From NCBI GenBank assembly GCA_038087875.1, contig CM075991.1, positions 4,154,001-4,218,000 on the forward strand: DNA of 64,000 bases, read 5' to 3'. The notes under the pieces are model-generated. The model saw only the letters and a list, made by a program, of their open reading frames with translations. It was not told the DNA's origin and searched no databases. The DNA is from Malacoraja senta. Taxonomy: Eukaryota. Below are positions 13,041 through 27,089 of the stretch, piece after piece. Every line of letters starts with the position of its first letter. Within the stretch, counting starts at the first letter, position 1. Position numbers and translations under genes: made by a program.

Positions 13041-13459
13041 CCAATTAACCTACAAACCTACATGTCTTTGGAGTGTGGGAGGAAAGCGTAGCTCTCTGAG
13101 AAAACCCACGTGGTCACAGGGAGAACGTACAAACTTTGTACTGACAGCACTCATAATCAGGATCAAAGCCAGGTCTCTGGCGCTGTAAGGCAGCAACTCT
13201 ACCGCTGCGTCACCATGCCGCCCTTCAGGGTTAATAAGTTTCTCTGAGGTTCTGGAGTTTTCTTCATGGCGATGTTTTTTTCCTTCCTTTGGACAAAGCT
13301 GCGTTCAATCTCCTTTGTGCAATGGTTTAAAGTTTTCCAAATAGTTGATTATATGGGGAAGCTACCAGGAAGACCGGTGGACAGTGGCAGTCAATAAAGC
13401 TCGTGCCATGCTGTGATCTCTCTATGCATTTCTTACAACATGGGTCTCTTAGTTTGCAG

Positions 13460-13835
13460 TGAGGTACAGTGATGACGCTACTGGCCCAGTGATCCATAAA
13501 ACTCTGACAGCTGTGTTATTTCAGTTAAAATAATCTGTGGAAAATAAATAAGGAAACTGGGTCTTGGTAATGGTGACCATAAAACGACAGGATTGCTGTA
13601 AAAACCTCATCTGGTTCACTGACCTCTCTGCAGGAATGGAAATCTGCCATCCTTACCCAATCTGGTCGATGAGAGCCACTTAACCAGAGCTAAGCATATG
13701 ACTCAGTTATGTCAGAGGAATAGCAGTGGTTCAAAAAGGGAGCTCTCCGCATCTTTTTCCAGGGTGAATGAGGAGGGCAATGAATGTTGGCCTTGTCAGT
13801 AACGCCCAGAGCTTGAAAATGAATAAATAAGAAAA
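13460..13835 (+). mobile_element. Old, diverged second SINE family; related pieces at about 27680-27850 and 21920-21990
   Basis: Shared GTAATG...ATCTGGTTCAC...GGAAA block with 27770-27845, and a 3' GGGCAATGAATGTTGGCCTTG...GAATAAA tail. Confidence 0.55.
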
Positions 13836-13926
13836 TAACACAGCCCCGACCATCACAACCCTTGTGTTCCCCTTCTCCCCGTCCCTACCCCACCCTAATC
13901 ATTCTACTAGTTTCACTGTTGATATC

Positions 13927-14116
13927 GTGTTTAAGAAGGAACTGCAGATGCTGGAAAATCAAAGGTAGACAAAAATGCTGGAGAAACTCAGCGGGTGAGG
14001 CAGCATCTATGGAGCGAAGGAAATAGGCAACGTTTCGGCACGAAACGTTGCCTATTTCCTTCGCTCCACAGATGCTGCCTCACCCACTGAGTTTCTCCAG
14101 CGTTTTTGTCTACCTA
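13927..14116. repeat. Penelope-derived foldback element (75-bp arms, 3-nt loop) with a 13-bp flanking duplication
   Basis: Arms 13963-14037 and 14041-14115 with 3 differences. CACTGTT(G/A)ATATC at 13914-13926 and 14117-14129. Confidence 0.8.
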
Positions 14117-14253
14117 CACTGTTAATATCTCTTCGTTAATACCTCCTCCACGGCCAACAGTGGACCATTGTGGGCTCCTGAGTCATCGGTGCCGGTTCGG
14201 AGTTGTCCTGTACCTTTTCACACCTCTGGTTTCCCTCTCCCCTGACTCTCAGC

Positions 14254-14281
14254 CTGAGGAAGGGTCTCGACCCGAAACGTC
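14254..14281 (+). ncRNA. Minimal type I hammerhead ribozyme core in a Penelope pseudo-LTR
   Basis: CTGAGGA-A-GGGTC-TC-GACCC-GAAA-CG-TC: CUGANGA, stem II, GAAA, a palindromic ACGT mini stem III and a GUC cleavage triplet. Confidence 0.7.
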
Positions 14282-16945
14282 ACCTATTCCTTTTCTCCAG
14301 AGATGCTGCCTGACCCGTTGAGTTACTCCAGCATTTTGTGCCTATTTCAGTGTAAGCCGGCCTACGCAGTTCATTCATCCGCAAACCTCCCTTCCATTGA
14401 CTCCATTTACACCTCAGGCTACCTCGGCAAGGCCAGCAGCAGAATCAAGGACCAGTCTCACCCCGGTCACTCCCTCTTCTCCCTTCAGGCAAGAGGTATA
14501 GAAGTGTGAAACTCACACCTTCAGATTCAAGGACAGCTATCAGGCAACTGAACCATTCTATCAATGACTAGAGAGTGGTCCTGAGCTACCATCTACCTCG
14601 TTGGAGACCCTCAGACTATCTTTAATCGGATTTTACTGGACTTTATCTTACACTGATCATTATTCCCTCTATCTTGTATCTGTTCAAGTTCAAGTTCGTC
14701 AAGTGAGTTTATTGTCATGTGTCCCAGATAGGACAATGAAATTCTTGCTTTGCTTCAGCACAACAGAACATAGAAGGCATTGACTACAAAACAGATCAGT
14801 GTGTCCATATATCATTATATAAATATATACACACATGAATAAATACACTGATAAAGTGCAAATAACAGATAATGGGCTATTAATGTTCATAGTTTTGTCC
14901 GAGCCAAGTTTAATTGCCTGATGGCTGTGGGGAAGAAGCTATTCCTGAACCTGGTCGTTGCAGCCTTCAGGCTCCTGTACCTTCTACCTGAAGGTAGCAG
15001 GGAGATCTGTACACTGTGGACGGCTTGATGTATTGTCTTTCTGCTGACTCGCTAGCACTCAACAAAAACTTGTCATTGTACCGGCTGTACAGTCACTGTC
15101 CTGCTGTGCACATGACAATATTACTAAACTACCTAACTAACAACTCATGGTAATGCAGGGACCAAAGAAGAGAGTGTAGATGCTGAAATCTTGAGCAAAA
15201 AATCAAACGTGCTGGAGGAACTCAGTGGGTGAGGAAGCATCTGTGGAGGGAATGGACAGACAACATTTCAAATCAGGGTCCCTTCTTCAGTCTGAAGAGG
15301 AATCCCGACCTGAAAATTCATTTGTCTCGTGGCCTCCACAGATGCTGCCTGACCCATTGAGTTTCTCCAGCACTTTGTCTTTCGCTCAAGGGAAATTAGG
15401 TTATCGGAAACTAGCATGACAGGTTTAGAGAAGGATTAATGAAACAATTGTGATCCTGAAATTTGTAAATAGAGGCACCAAATACAAACAGCAAGAAAGT
15501 TTTGGTTGAAACAGTACAATATTTTCGTTCACTTGCAACTGGTGAATTGTATACACTTTTTGTCCATACTTTGGGACGGTTGCAAAGTTCCTAAAGAGAG
15601 TGATACCAAAACAGTGCGTGTAGGAAGGAAGTCAATTACACTGAAGATAGGCACAAAATGCTGGAGTAGCTCAGAGAGTCTGGCAGCATCTCTGGAGAAA
15701 AGTAATAGGTGGCGGTTCAGGTCAACACCCTGCTTCAGACTGAGGTCTGATGTCGATTCAGTCTGAAGAAGGGTCTCGACACGAAACGTCACCTATTCCT
15801 TTTCTGACCAGCTGATGTTACTCCAGCGTTTTGTCTCTATTACTAAAGCAGTGCCATTGAGGATCGGGAATCTGGTGTTCTTGCAGCATAGAATGTTGGG
15901 AGGAAGACACAAAGAAATGGAGATGCTGCAATCATGCGTGGACACAAAGCGCTGGAGTTACTCAGTGGGTCGGGCAGCATCTATGGAGGGCATGGGTAGG
16001 CATAGTTTCAGGTCAGGATCCTTCTTCAGACTTGAGAGGAAACCTTTTTTTGGAGGATGTGCAAGATGGAACTCAGATTTCCCAGAAGGTGCCTGGATAT
16101 TAGCTCAAGGAGAGGTTAGACAGACTTGGATTATTTTCTCTGGAATGGTGGAGGGAGCAGGGAGACCTGATGGAAGTATATAAAATTATAAGAGGCGCAG
16201 ATAGGGGAGACAATCAGAACCTATTTCCCAGATAGAAATATCAAAAACTAGAGGGTATGGCTTTAAGATGTGAGGGGCAAGGTTTAAAGGAGATGTGTGG
16301 GGCAAGATATTTTTCCCACAGAGGGTGGCGAGTGCCTGGAACATGCTGCCAGGGGAGGCGATAGAGTGGTGGCATTGAGGAGGGTTTTGGATAGGCATAT
16401 GGATATGCAGGGAATGGATGACGTGCAGGCATTTAACGGTTGGTCTTGGCATCAGGTCTGGCACAGAAATTGTGGGCCGAAGGGCCTGTTCTCATGCTGT
16501 ATGGATTATCATCTAGACTCTATCACAACTGATGGAGGCAATTCAAACGGAAGCTGTTCTGGTGAGCATTTGGTCAATGACAAAGGAGTACAGGCGAGGA
16601 ATTTTGGACAAATAATACAAGGATTAACTTTCATTCCAGAGGTTAGCAATGACCTGGAACTCTGTGCCTGTAGGAGGTGCGGCAACAGAAATAACAAGTG
16701 CAGTCAGCGCAGAATTGGATCGACACTTGGCAGATAATAATGTTCATGGTTCTGGGGAGACAGCAGGGGAGTGGGACTAATTGGATTGTTGTAGCAGGAA
16801 CCAGGACAGACTCAATGGTCCTTATCTGCCCAAGATTCAAGACATCCAAAATCACTTTATGACCAATGAGCTTTTTTACTGGTGTGGTACCCACTTTAGA
16901 CTTTACTTTGGAGATACAGAAGATAGACACATAGTGCTGGAGTAA

Positions 16946-17324
16946 AGGGCCTGTCCCACTGTACGAGGTAATTCAAGATTTCTCCCGAGTATTCCCCTGA
17001 TTCGAGCTTGTGTAATGTACGCAACGGGTACGTAGGAGCTCGTGGATGACTCGTAGCGGCTCGTACGAGTAAAAAGTAACAATTTTTTTCATTGTATTCA
17101 AACGAGTATTTCAAACGAGTACTTTTTTACTCGTGGACATTTTTCACAGTGTTCAAAAAAACGTCACGTGTTTACCGGATTTCCCGAGTACCTACCGTTA
17201 CTCGTGCGAGCCGCTACGTGACATCCACGAGCTCCTACGTACCCGCTACGTACATTACCCCAGCTCGAATCAGGGGAAAACTCAGGAGAACTCTTGAATT
17301 ACCTCGTACAGTGGGACAGGCCCT
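16946..17324. mobile_element. PIF/Harbinger-type MITE
   Basis: Roughly 60-bp TIRs starting AGGGCCTGTCCCACTGTACGAGG. TAA/TGA flanks split GCTGGAG-TAA-CTCA of a Penelope repeat. Confidence 0.9.
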
Positions 17325-17435
17325 TGACTCAACGGGTCAGGCAGCATCTCTGGAGAAAAAGGATGGGTGACATTTCGGGTCGGAACCCTTCTTCAGGCTG
17401 TGGAAACAGGTCCTTTGGCCCACACACATTTTATG

Positions 17436-17602
17436 TCTATCTTCAAGTGAAGTTGAAGGCAGGATGGAAGTAGGTGAAATTGATGAGTTGTGCATGGGTG
17501 CAGCAGGCAGCACCAATGCAGTCGTCGATGTAGCAGAGAAAGAGTCGGGGAGTGGTGCCAGAGACTAAAGGATGCTCCACGTAGCCAACAAAGAGACAGG
17601 AG
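17436..17602 (-). mobile_element. Penelope-like element RT fragment
   Basis: CLFVGYVE...LFLCYIDDCIG...FHPAFNFT. The YIDD catalytic motif sits in a PLE-type context. Confidence 0.8.
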
Positions 17603-20529
17603 ATACAAGGAACTGCAGATACTGGGATCATGAGCAAAACACAAAAAGCTCAAGGAGCTTAATGGCTCTGTGGAGGAAATAGATAGGCGATTTTTTAGGT
17701 CAACATTTCTTCAGATTGATAGAATATAAAACACTATGGCACAAGTACAAGGCCCTTTTCCCCACAATGTCTTTGCTGAACATGATGCCAAGACCAACTC
17801 TTACCTGCCTGTACATATTCCATCTCCCTGCATTTCCATGTGCCTATCCTAAATTCTCCTCAATGCCACGATCGTATCTGTCTCAAACACCACCCCTAGC
17901 AGAGTGTTCCAAGCACTCACCCTCCTCTGTGTAAACGTTGCCTTGCAGATCTCCTGAAAACTTTCCCCTTTCACCTTAAAACTACGCCTTCCAGTATTTG
18001 ATGTAAGACCTCTTTGGTCATCCCAAATTCCTTTTCTTTGACATCCACATCATTCCTCCTTCATAAAACATGCCGGTTCTGAACTTCGATCAACTTGCCT
18101 TTAAAAGACTCCCGCATGTCAGAAGGTAGACACAAAATGCTGGAGTAACTCAGCGGGACTGGCAGCATCTCTGGAGAGAAGGAATGGGTGACGTTTCGTG
18201 TCGAGACCCTTCCGCAGACTGATGGGTCTTCCATCAGTCTGAGGATAGGACTCGACCCGCAACGTCACCCATTCCTTCTCTCCAGAAATGCTGCCTGTCC
18301 CGCTGAGTTACTCCAGCATTTTGTGTCTACCTTCTGTTTTAACCAGCATCTGCATTTCCTTCCCACTTGCCAGATGTGGACTTACCCAATAATACAATTG
18401 CCGATTGTAATCGGGGGAAGAAGACTGGAAAGCTTGAAGGGACAAGCGGAGCTGGGACCAAGGAAGTGCCCTGGGCTACGTCTTTGATTTGTAGAAAGTG
18501 GGAGGTGATAAAAGAGAAGTCGTTAAGGTAAGAACAAGTTCCACAACGCGGAGGAGAGCATGAGTGAAGAGGAACTGTTTGGGTCTATGTTCAAGAAGGT
18601 AATAGGGGGGCCCTCATGCCTCACTAATCGACAAGACTACTCCTGTCCAACACAAACCCATGCTTTAACCTCTTTAAGTGTTTTAAGGATCGTTGACGTT
18701 TAGGGTCAGGAACCTTCTTCAGAACTGATCCCGAAACGATACCTATCCATGTGCTCCAGAGTTGCTGCCTGACCCGCTGGGTTACTCTGAGTGATTTAAT
18801 GAACTGAACAAGAGATATAGAGGAGCGGTATGAATATTGATTCCTCTAACTTCAAGTAACCCCTGCGTCCCCTCTCCCCTCCGTCCCTCCCACACCCCAG
18901 TCATTGTACTAGTTTCACTGTCATCCTGTTGAGTTTCACTGTTTGTATACCTTGTTATCACCTTCCCCACAGCCAACAACGGACCATTGTGGGCTCTACC
19001 TTTCTTTGTTCATCTTTGCTTTTTGAATCTCTTTCATTCATTTGTACTATGTACCTTCTATATCTCTCATTTCCCTCTCCCTTGACTCAGTTGGTAGAAG
19101 GGTCTTGACCCGAAATGTCACCTAATCCTTTACCTCCAGGGATGCTGCCCGACCCGTTGTGCTACTCTGAGTGTTTTGAGGAACTGATCTAAAACTGAGT
19201 GTTTTAAGGAACTGATCCCTCATTTTTAAAATCTTTTTTTTTTCCTCAGTCGATACACAGCTTGCTACCACTCGGAGTTTTAAAATATTATGGCCTCATT
19301 GCAGTCTCTCTCCAACCCACTTAATAATTACATATGAATTTTAACAAGAAATAGACGGTGGAGTACAATTGAGTAGTGCGATACTGTGACGTTCGTGGCT
19401 TTTGTTTCAAGTCAATTATTTACCCCCCAGTTACACATAGTTAAGACCATAAGCCTGATTTAATAAGGGAGGCTGCATCCATCCTTCTGGTTGCCAAACA
19501 GTAATATTTATACAAGGGTTTCTGAATCCAGCAAACGTTATATCTTCCATCTGGATGCTATGGTAATGCCTTATAAAGGTCATTGCGTACAGAGGCTCTT
19601 CAGAACTAAAAACAGATGTTTATATATTCTCCCACTGATGAAATGCACAATGGAGAGATGATGGGTTTTTTTTTTCATGGGTTCTTGTTTTCTTTACTTT
19701 GCAGGCAAGCACAATTAAAGAGACGCAGGAAACATTACGTGGCCTGCACGTCACGCTCTGTGCGATCTTGAGCATTAAATATGTTGCAACATAACTCCGC
19801 TCAGGGTAAAAAATGCCTTCTGCACAACACATGTTGCTTGGGTTTCCATGTAGACTCTTGCAGGATGGCCATGGGATCCCAGCGCTGGAAGCTCATAAAT
19901 CTGAGACCCAAGCACAGTCGGCACTGCAACATGGAGCCTCGCATCATCCGTTAATATTGAAAGTCCATGGGCAAGAGGATTTATGGCAACCTTGAGGGGC
20001 TTTTCAGAGATTTATTGACCTTTTTGTTTGGTTGGGGTCTTGTAGGCCAAATGGTGTACCTGAGTTTTGAGATGTCATTGGGCAAATCATTCAACTTGCT
20101 CCTTATCTCCCATGCTTCATACCCGATCTGGGGTTAGGTAGATAGGTGGTCATAAGACCATAAGACTGTAAGGCATAGGAGCAGAATTAGGCTATTCGAC
20201 CCATCGTCTACTCCGCCATTCAATCACGGCTGATCTATCTTTCCCTCTCAACCACGTTCCCCTGCCTTCGCTCCATAACCCCTGACCCTTACTGATCAAG
20301 AATTTGTCAATCTCCACCTTAAAAATATCCATTGCCTTGTCCTCCACAGCCGTCTGTGTGGCAATGATCATGGCTGATCAAATTTTCCCTTTCAACTCCA
20401 TTCTCCTGCCTTTCCCCCCGTAACCTTTGACGCCCTTACTAAATCAAGATCTTAATAGTCTCTGCTTTCAAAATATCCAAATTACTTGGCCTCCACTGCT
20501 GTCTGTATCAATGAATTCCACAAATTCAC

Positions 20530-21030
20530 CAAGTCAAGTCAAGTCAAGTCAAGTGAGTTTATTGTCATGTGTCCCTGGTAGGACAATGAAATTCTTGCTT
20601 TGCTTGAGCACAACAGAACATAGTAGGCATTTACTACAAGGCATTCTATAAATATATACACAATGGTCAATATACTGATAAAGTGCAAATAACAGTATTG
20701 GCTAGTAAAGTTCAGTGTTATGTCCGAGCCAGGTTTAATAGCCTGATGGCTGTGGGGAAGTAGCTGTTCCTGAACCTGGTCGTTGCAGTCTTCAGGCTCC
20801 TGTACCTTCTACCTGAAGGTAGTAGGGAGATGAGTGTGTGGCCAGGATGGTGTGGGTCCTTGATGATGCTGCCAGCCTTTTTGAGGCAGCGACTGTGGTA
20901 GATCCCCTCGATGGAAGGGAGGTCAGAGCAGATGATGGACTGGGCAGTGTTTACTACTTTTTGTAGTCTTTTCCTCTCCAGGGCACTCAAGTTGCCGAAC
21001 CAAGCCACGATGCAACCGGTCAGCATGCTC
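20530..21030 (-). mobile_element. Rex1/Babar LINE 3' fragment. Further fragments at about 14380-15005, 24160-24370, 25830-26470, 40975-41290 and 62490-62832.
   Basis: ORF 20718-21026 (CIVAWFGN...LQKVVNTAQSII...LLPSGRRYRS...SYFPTAIRLLN) and a (CTTGA)n tail. Confidence 0.85.
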
Positions 21031-22849
21031 TCTCTGGTTAAAGAGATTCCTCCTCTTCTCTATTCTAAAGGTACGTCCTTTTATTTTGAGGCTGCGCCCT
21101 CTGGTTCTAGATTCCCCCACTATTGGAAACATTCTCTCCACATCCACTCTATCTAGGCCTTCCATTATTTGGTTGGTTTCAATGTGATTCCCTCTCGTCC
21201 TTCTAAGCTCCAGATATGTTACTGGACTAGTAATCCAGAGGTCTGGAAACATTTGCTTTAGAGAGACAGATGGAAACTGGTTATTTGGCCCACTGAGTCC
21301 ACACCAACCATTGACCATGTTCTCACACTAGTTCTATGTTATCCCACTTTCAAATCCACTCCCTACACACTAGTTGGTGTGTTACACTACAACTATAGTT
21401 TTAGGTTTTTTTTAATGTTAGAGGTACAGCATGGAAACAGGGCATTCAGCCCTCAGAGTCCACAAAGACCTTTGATCACCCGTTCACACTAGTTCTATGT
21501 TATCCCACTTTCCCACTCCCCACCCACTAGGGGCAATTTACAGCAGGTGATTAACCTACAAACACGCACGTCATTTTGAAGTGGGAGGAAACTGGGGCAC
21601 CCGGAGAAAACCCACGCAGTTACAGGGAGAACGTGCAAACTCCACACAGACAATACCTGAGGTTAGGATTGAATTCGGGTATCTGGCACTCTGAGGCAGC
21701 AGTTCTACCAGGGCTAATGATGTGAAGGCATGAGTCTTCAAAAGCAGCCAGCAAATTAAATAACTCTGGAACAAAATGTTGGCACCAGTAACAGACAATT
21801 AAGTTACCACATTACCACATTGTTGTTGAAAGCCTTTGAGAGAGAGAATTTGGTCTGGATCTCCGTGCAATTCCAGAGATGCTCCGGATATGTTCTTTAA
21901 AACAGTCTAACACAAACATTTAACTCTTGGGCAATTAGGAGTGGACAATTGGCATGGGTGAAGCCATCAACACTTATAGTCCCGTGAATAAGTCAACCTA
22001 CCCTCTCCCTTCCTCCTATACCTGGACGGGGTGGATGTGGAGTGAACGTTTTCCACTCGTGGGAGAGTCTAGGATCAGAGGCCAAAGCCTCCGAACCAAA
22101 GGATAGACCTTTAGAAAGATGAAGAGGAATTTCTTTAGTCAGAGTGTGGTGAATCTGTGGAATTCATTGCCACAGCAGACTGTGGAGGTCAAGTCAATGG
22201 ATATTTTTAAGATTAATAGGTTCTTGCTTAGTACGGGTGTCGGGGGGAGAAGGCAGGAGAATGAGGTTGAGACGGATAGATAGATCTGCCATGATTGAAT
22301 GGCGGAGTAGACTTGATGGGCCGATTGGCCTAATTCTGCTCCTGTGACTTATGAACTTATGAACACATCCTTGATCAATCTCAATCACCCAAAAGGCAAC
22401 ACAAATCAAACAAACCTGTTAAAATCAGTAAAACACATAAACTGGACTGGTGCTGGCTGAAGTTGCTGCCTGACCAGCTGAGTATTTCCCGCATTCCTGT
22501 TTTATTTCAGATTTCCAGCATCTGCCGCACTTTGCTTGCTTGTGAAAACAGCTGGGGTTTGCAACCAGCTGTTCTCACAAGTGAGCAAAATGAAACAGGG
22601 AGTGTTGGAAACACTCAGCAGGTCAGGCAGCTTCTGTGGAGAGGGAAACCAAGCTAATGTCCCTGTTCATTCACCTCTTCTTTAAAAAAAAAAAAAAGAC
22701 AAAAAGTGCTTGAGTAATTCAGCGCGTGAGGCAGCATCCCTGGAGAACATGGATATATGGCATTTCAGTCCAGGACCCTCCTTCAGACTGATTACCTGGA
22801 GAATATGGATAGGAGATGCTTCGGGTCAGGACCTTTCATCAGACTGATT

Positions 22850-23318
22850 CTACAAAGTACTGGAGTAACTCAGCGGGTTTCTAATGGGTGACGTTATGGG
22901 TGGAGACCCTTCTCCAGACTGAGTCAGGGAAGTGGTAGACTAGAGATATGTGGAAGGGTAAGGTGTGAAAACGACAGATCAAAGCAGACGATGACCAAGG
23001 CAATGTAGAATGGTTCGTTGTTAGCTATGGGGAAGGTGACAACGAGGGTTACAAACAGTAAAATTAATCAGGAGGACAGTGAGAATTAGGGTGGTGGACG
23101 GACAGTGAGAAAGGGAAAGCAAGGGTTACTTGATGTTAGAGAAATCAAGAGTGGGTTGTAAGCTGCCCAAGCACAAAATATGAGGTGCAGGTTCTCCAAT
23201 TTGCGTGTGGCCTCACTCTGACAGTGAAGGAGGCCCAGGACAGAAAGGTCAGGGAATGGGAGGGGGAGTTAAAGTGTTTAGCTACCGGGAGATCGGATAA
23301 GCCTAGGCAGACTGAGTC
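22850..23318 (-). mobile_element. Penelope-like element 3' end: GIY-YIG endonuclease C-terminus, 3' UTR and pseudo-LTR. Paralogous plus-strand copies at about 18820-19160 and 13855-14350.
   Basis: DLPVAKHFNSPSHS...HCQSEATRKLE, continuing into the UTR that leads to the CTGAAGAAGGG...GAAACGTC repeat. Confidence 0.75.
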
Positions 23319-23985
23319 AGAAACATGGAGCAGATTTGGCCGCATCTGTGGAGAGAGAAGCAGAGTTGATGACCCCTTGCACGGACTGGGAAAAGATGGA
23401 GCGTTTAACCACCAAGCCAGAGCTTGCTTAAGTGATTTCTCTTTGCTTTCTTGACTTTCTTCTAGTAAACACTACCGCCATTGTTAGAAAGTGTTTATGC
23501 AACCCTTTTTATGAAGTGATTTTGAAGCATAGCCGCTGTTTAAGATGGGGAACGACAGTGGCAACGTGCCTAACAAAGAGGGCCGCATTAGAAATGATAT
23601 AAGCGAGCAGGTAATCCGTTTAGATTGGAACTACATACGGCCTGCTTTATTGTGAGAATCTAATTTCTTTTCCAAACAGTGCCAAGTGTCTTTGTGTATT
23701 CAGTGCAGGATGGACGGGAGTAATAAATTATCATGCCCAAAATCGTGCTGACACGATAACCTAAAGTCTTCGGAGAGAGACTGGAGCCCACACTCAGTCA
23801 AATCTGTCACCACTTTGACAAAATGTAGAAGCACGCGCTTCATATATTGAAGCTGTAGTGTGTGTTGGCACAAGTCAACCCTGGTGTCACCCAGTTTATT
23901 TTCACTTTGGAGATACAGCACGGAAACAGGCCCTTCGGCCCACCGAGTCTGCACCGACCAGCGATCCCCGCACATTAACACTACC

Positions 23986-24111
<126 letters not shown>

Positions 24112-25511
24112 GACAATTTTACATTTTACATTTATACCAAGCTAATTAACCTACAACCCAAGTTCAAGTTTAAGTTCAAGTGAGTTTATTGTCATGTGTC
24201 CCTGACAGGACAATGAAATTCTTGCTTTGCTTCAGCACAACAGAACATAGTAGGCATTGACTACAAAACAGATCAGTGTGTCCATATATCATTCTATAAA
24301 TATATACACACATGAATCAATATACTGATAAAGTGCAAATAACGGTTAATTGGCTAATAATGTTCAGTGCCCTGTACGTCTTTGGAGTGTGGGAGGAAAC
24401 CGGAGATCTCGGAGAAAAGCCACGCAGATCACGGGGAGAACGTACATGCTTCGTACAAACAAGCACCCGTCATGATCAGGATTGAACCCGGGTCTCTGGC
24501 GCTGTAAGGCAGTAGCTCTGCCGCTACTCCACCTTGCCGCACCACGCAGTTCAGGAGATTTGCGATTTGTTCAATGTGTTAAGGATTGGTGAATGGGAAG
24601 AGTACAGGTGTGGGGGGTATGTTGATAGAGGAACAGGTAATTGGTTGGGGTATTAGGTCAACAGAGTTAAAGGTGTAAAGTGTAGACACAAGGAACTGCT
24701 GATGCCGACTTCCAAAATAAAAGAATCAATGTGCCGGAGTAACTCACCAGGTCAGGCAGCATCTCTGTGGCACGTGAATAGGTGATGTCTCAGGTTGGGA
24801 CCCTTCTTCAGTTTAGTTTAGTTTAAGTCAGTGTTAAGCATGCGTTAGTGTGGGATGGTTCTGGCAATTTTTCAAGTGAGACCCAAATCCTGTGAATGAA
24901 TGATAAAAAAAGACATAAGGTACAACTATTGTCGCAGCAGGTGCATTTCTCTGGTGGACACAGATTTAAGGTAACTGTCAGATGTTTGAGGTTAGTTTAT
25001 TGTCACGTGTACCGAGGTACAGTGAAAATCTTTTTGTTGCGTGCTAACCAGTCAGTGGAAAGACAATACATGATTCCAATCGAGCCATCCACATTGTAAA
25101 GAAAATAACGTCTAGTGTAAGATAACGTCCAGTAAAGTCTGATTAAAGGTAGTCTGAGGGTCTCCAGTGATGTAAATAGTGGCTCAGGGTCAGAACCACA
25201 CTCTAGTAGTTGGTCTTTGTGAAGGTCTTTGTTTGGTGTGAAGGTCTATGTTCGTTTGCAACACAAAGCAACACATAAGTCAACACTGCACCTAGACTGC
25301 AAACAGAAGACCATCACACGTTGTGTTCCCCTGGTATACAGTAATATCTGGGAAGCGATACAGTTTGGGGAACAGAGCTGGTAGAGACGCTGCCTCACAA
25401 CACCAGGGACCCGGGTTCGATCCTGACCTTGGGTGCTGTCTCTGTGGAGTTTGCACGCTCTCCCTGTGACTGTGTGAGTTTGTTCCGATTTTCTCCCACA
25501 TCCCAAAGACC

Positions 25512-25705
25512 AGGTCCCCCTTTGTCCATTGTCCCCTCCCCCCAGCGCCGGGGTCCCCATTGTCCATTGTTCTTCCCCCTCCCCCACGCCGGGGTCCCCA
25601 TTGTCCATTGTTCTTCCCCCTCCCCCCAGCGCCGGGGTCCCCATTGTCCATTGTTCTTCCCCCTCCCCTCACGGCAGTCCCCCACGCCGGGTCCTCCTTT
25701 GTCCC
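25512..25705. repeat. Minisatellite of about 40-42-bp units, about 4 copies
   Basis: Repeated CGCCGGGGTCCCCATTGTCCATTGTTCTTCCCCCTCCCC. Confidence 0.9.
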
Positions 25706-26821
25706 TTGTTGATGAGGGTTGATGACGTCCAGTGAAACAGCATAGGTGCCATCTTCCACTGGCTGGGGAACAGAGGAAAAGTCAAAGCACCCATACTCAA
25801 ACTGGAAGCCAATCAACTTGCTCCTCCTACAGGATATTGGGTCACTTCACAGCCTGGTTTGGAAGCAGCTTGGCCCAAGACCGCAAGAAATTGCAGAAAG
25901 CTGTGGATGTAGTCCAGCCCATTGCCCAGGCTAGAACTACTCATCGTTGCCTTCGTCCACACTTCACACTGCATCAGGAAAGCAGCCAACATAATCAAGC
26001 AGCCAACATAATTTTTCATTGCCGCTTCTTCCCGTTCTCGTCGGGCAGAAGGTATAGAGGCTTTAACGCACATACCAGAGGTTTCAAGAACAACTTCTTC
26101 CACTCTGTTACCTGACTACTAATTGTCCTCCCATAGACCAGGGTGTGGTCCTGATCTTCCAACCTACCTACTTGCAAGTTACACTGAACTTTTTTTTCTC
26201 TCACTGTAACATTACAAAGCTGTAACACTATACTCTACACACTGGTAGCTTTCTCTTTACGCTACTTATTGCATTTATAATGACCCAAAACGTCACCTCT
26301 CCATGTTCCCCAGAGATACTGCCTGACCCTCTGAGTTACTCCAGCACTTTGTGTCTTTTTATTGTATTTGTGTATGGCTTGATTGAACTCATGTATCATA
26401 TGATTTGATTTGATGAATAGCACGCAAACAAAAGATATTCACTGTATCTCGGTAGACATAGCAACAATAACCCAATTCCAACGCCAGTACCAACACATTG
26501 TGCGACACAGTGGTGCAGTTGTTAGATTGGTGGAGTTCGCACGTTCTCCCCGTGACCACGAGAGTTCCCTCCGGGTGCTCCGCTTTCCTCCCACGTTTGT
26601 AGGTTCATTGGCCTCTGTAAATTGCCCCTAGTGTGTAGGGAGTGGATGAGCAAGTGGGATAACATAGAACTAGTGTGAATGGGTGAACGAAATTTCGTTC
26701 AGACCGAAAGGTCTGAATGACAAATAAAGGAATCTCTAATCTCTAATCTCTCTAGATGGTTGGTAGACACAAAATGCTGGAGTAACTCAGCGGGACAGGC
26801 ATCATCTCTGGAAGAAGGAAT

Positions 26822-26856
26822 GGGTGACGTTTCGGGACGAGACCCTTCTTCAGACT
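26822..26856 (-). ncRNA. Minimal hammerhead ribozyme core in a Penelope pseudo-LTR
   Basis: Reverse complement is AGTCTGAAGAAGGGTCTCGTCCCGAAACGTCACCC with the conserved boxes intact. Confidence 0.65.
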
Positions 26857-27089
26857 GTTGGTATGGACTGGGTGAGCTGAAGGACAAAACAAAGCAAGAA
26901 GGGTGTAGGAAGGAACTACACATGCTGGTTTAAAGAAGGGACCCGACCCGAAACATCACCCATAGTCTGAGGGTGCTGAATCTGTGGAATTCTTTGCCAC
27001 AGAAGGCTGTGGAGGCCAATTCAGTGGATATTTTTAAGGCAGAGATAGATAGATTCTTGATTAGTACAGGTGTCAGAGGTTATGGGGAG

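Noticed and set aside
25512..25705. Regularly spaced repeats resembling a CRISPR array
   Set aside because: The units are head-to-tail with no unique spacers, there are no cas genes, and the context is eukaryotic. It is a minisatellite.
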